Source of the DNA: Lobosporangium transversale
Lineage: Eukaryota
NCBI RefSeq assembly: GCF_002105155.1
Contig: NW_019028979.1
Coordinates: 1,116,001-1,180,000 of the forward strand
Direction: 5' to 3'
DNA: 64,000 bases
Shown: positions 63,950-64,000 of the stretch, piece after piece
Layout: each line of letters begins with the position of its first letter
How positions within the stretch are numbered: the stretch's first letter is position 1
Translations under genes and position numbers: made by a program
Notes under the pieces: generated by a model
Told to the model about the DNA's origin: nothing
The model's database searches: none
What the model saw: the letters and a program-made list of their open reading frames with translations, nothing else

Positions 63950-64000
63950 TTGTTTTAAAAGAAAATTGCTATTTAGAGAGAATGATGGTTAAGCAGAAAT

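Overview
Eukaryotic, intron-rich fungal DNA. Long poly-A/T runs, short GT-AG introns and F-box/LRR and RNI-like LRR genes suggest Mortierellaceae (inference). The first 52 kb holds about 19 mostly housekeeping genes: PhoD-like phosphatase, Whi3/Scw1-like RRM protein, AP-1 mu, CENP-B HTH protein, HAP3, ARL2, ODC carrier, cold-shock protein, CMC4, DFG10, Sel1/DSF2-like, MscL, PHO80-type cyclin, SAP30, Kaptin, EF-2 and an SGNH/PC-esterase-like protein. The last 12 kb is more accessory: a PIF/Harbinger transposon, an LRR pseudogene, an F-box protein and a degenerate PP2C. Highlights not visible in the ORF track: (1) The 'empty' 37.9-40.3 kb gap is a spliced non-coding host gene carrying box C/D snoRNAs snR78-77-76-75-74-73, one per intron. 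A seventh intron holds a candidate H/ACA snoRNA where snR72 would be expected. (2) Two tandem secreted precursors have the layout signal peptide / conserved Cys-free prodomain / acidic spacer / Trp-Arg-His-rich cationic tail, a possible undescribed fungal peptide system. (3) A fungal Kaptin (KICSTOR subunit) homolog. (4) A Harbinger element with ~125-135 bp TIRs and convergent genes. (5) Two apparent pseudoenzymes. All calls are by eye and from memory of family motifs; no searches were run, and exon boundaries are predictions.
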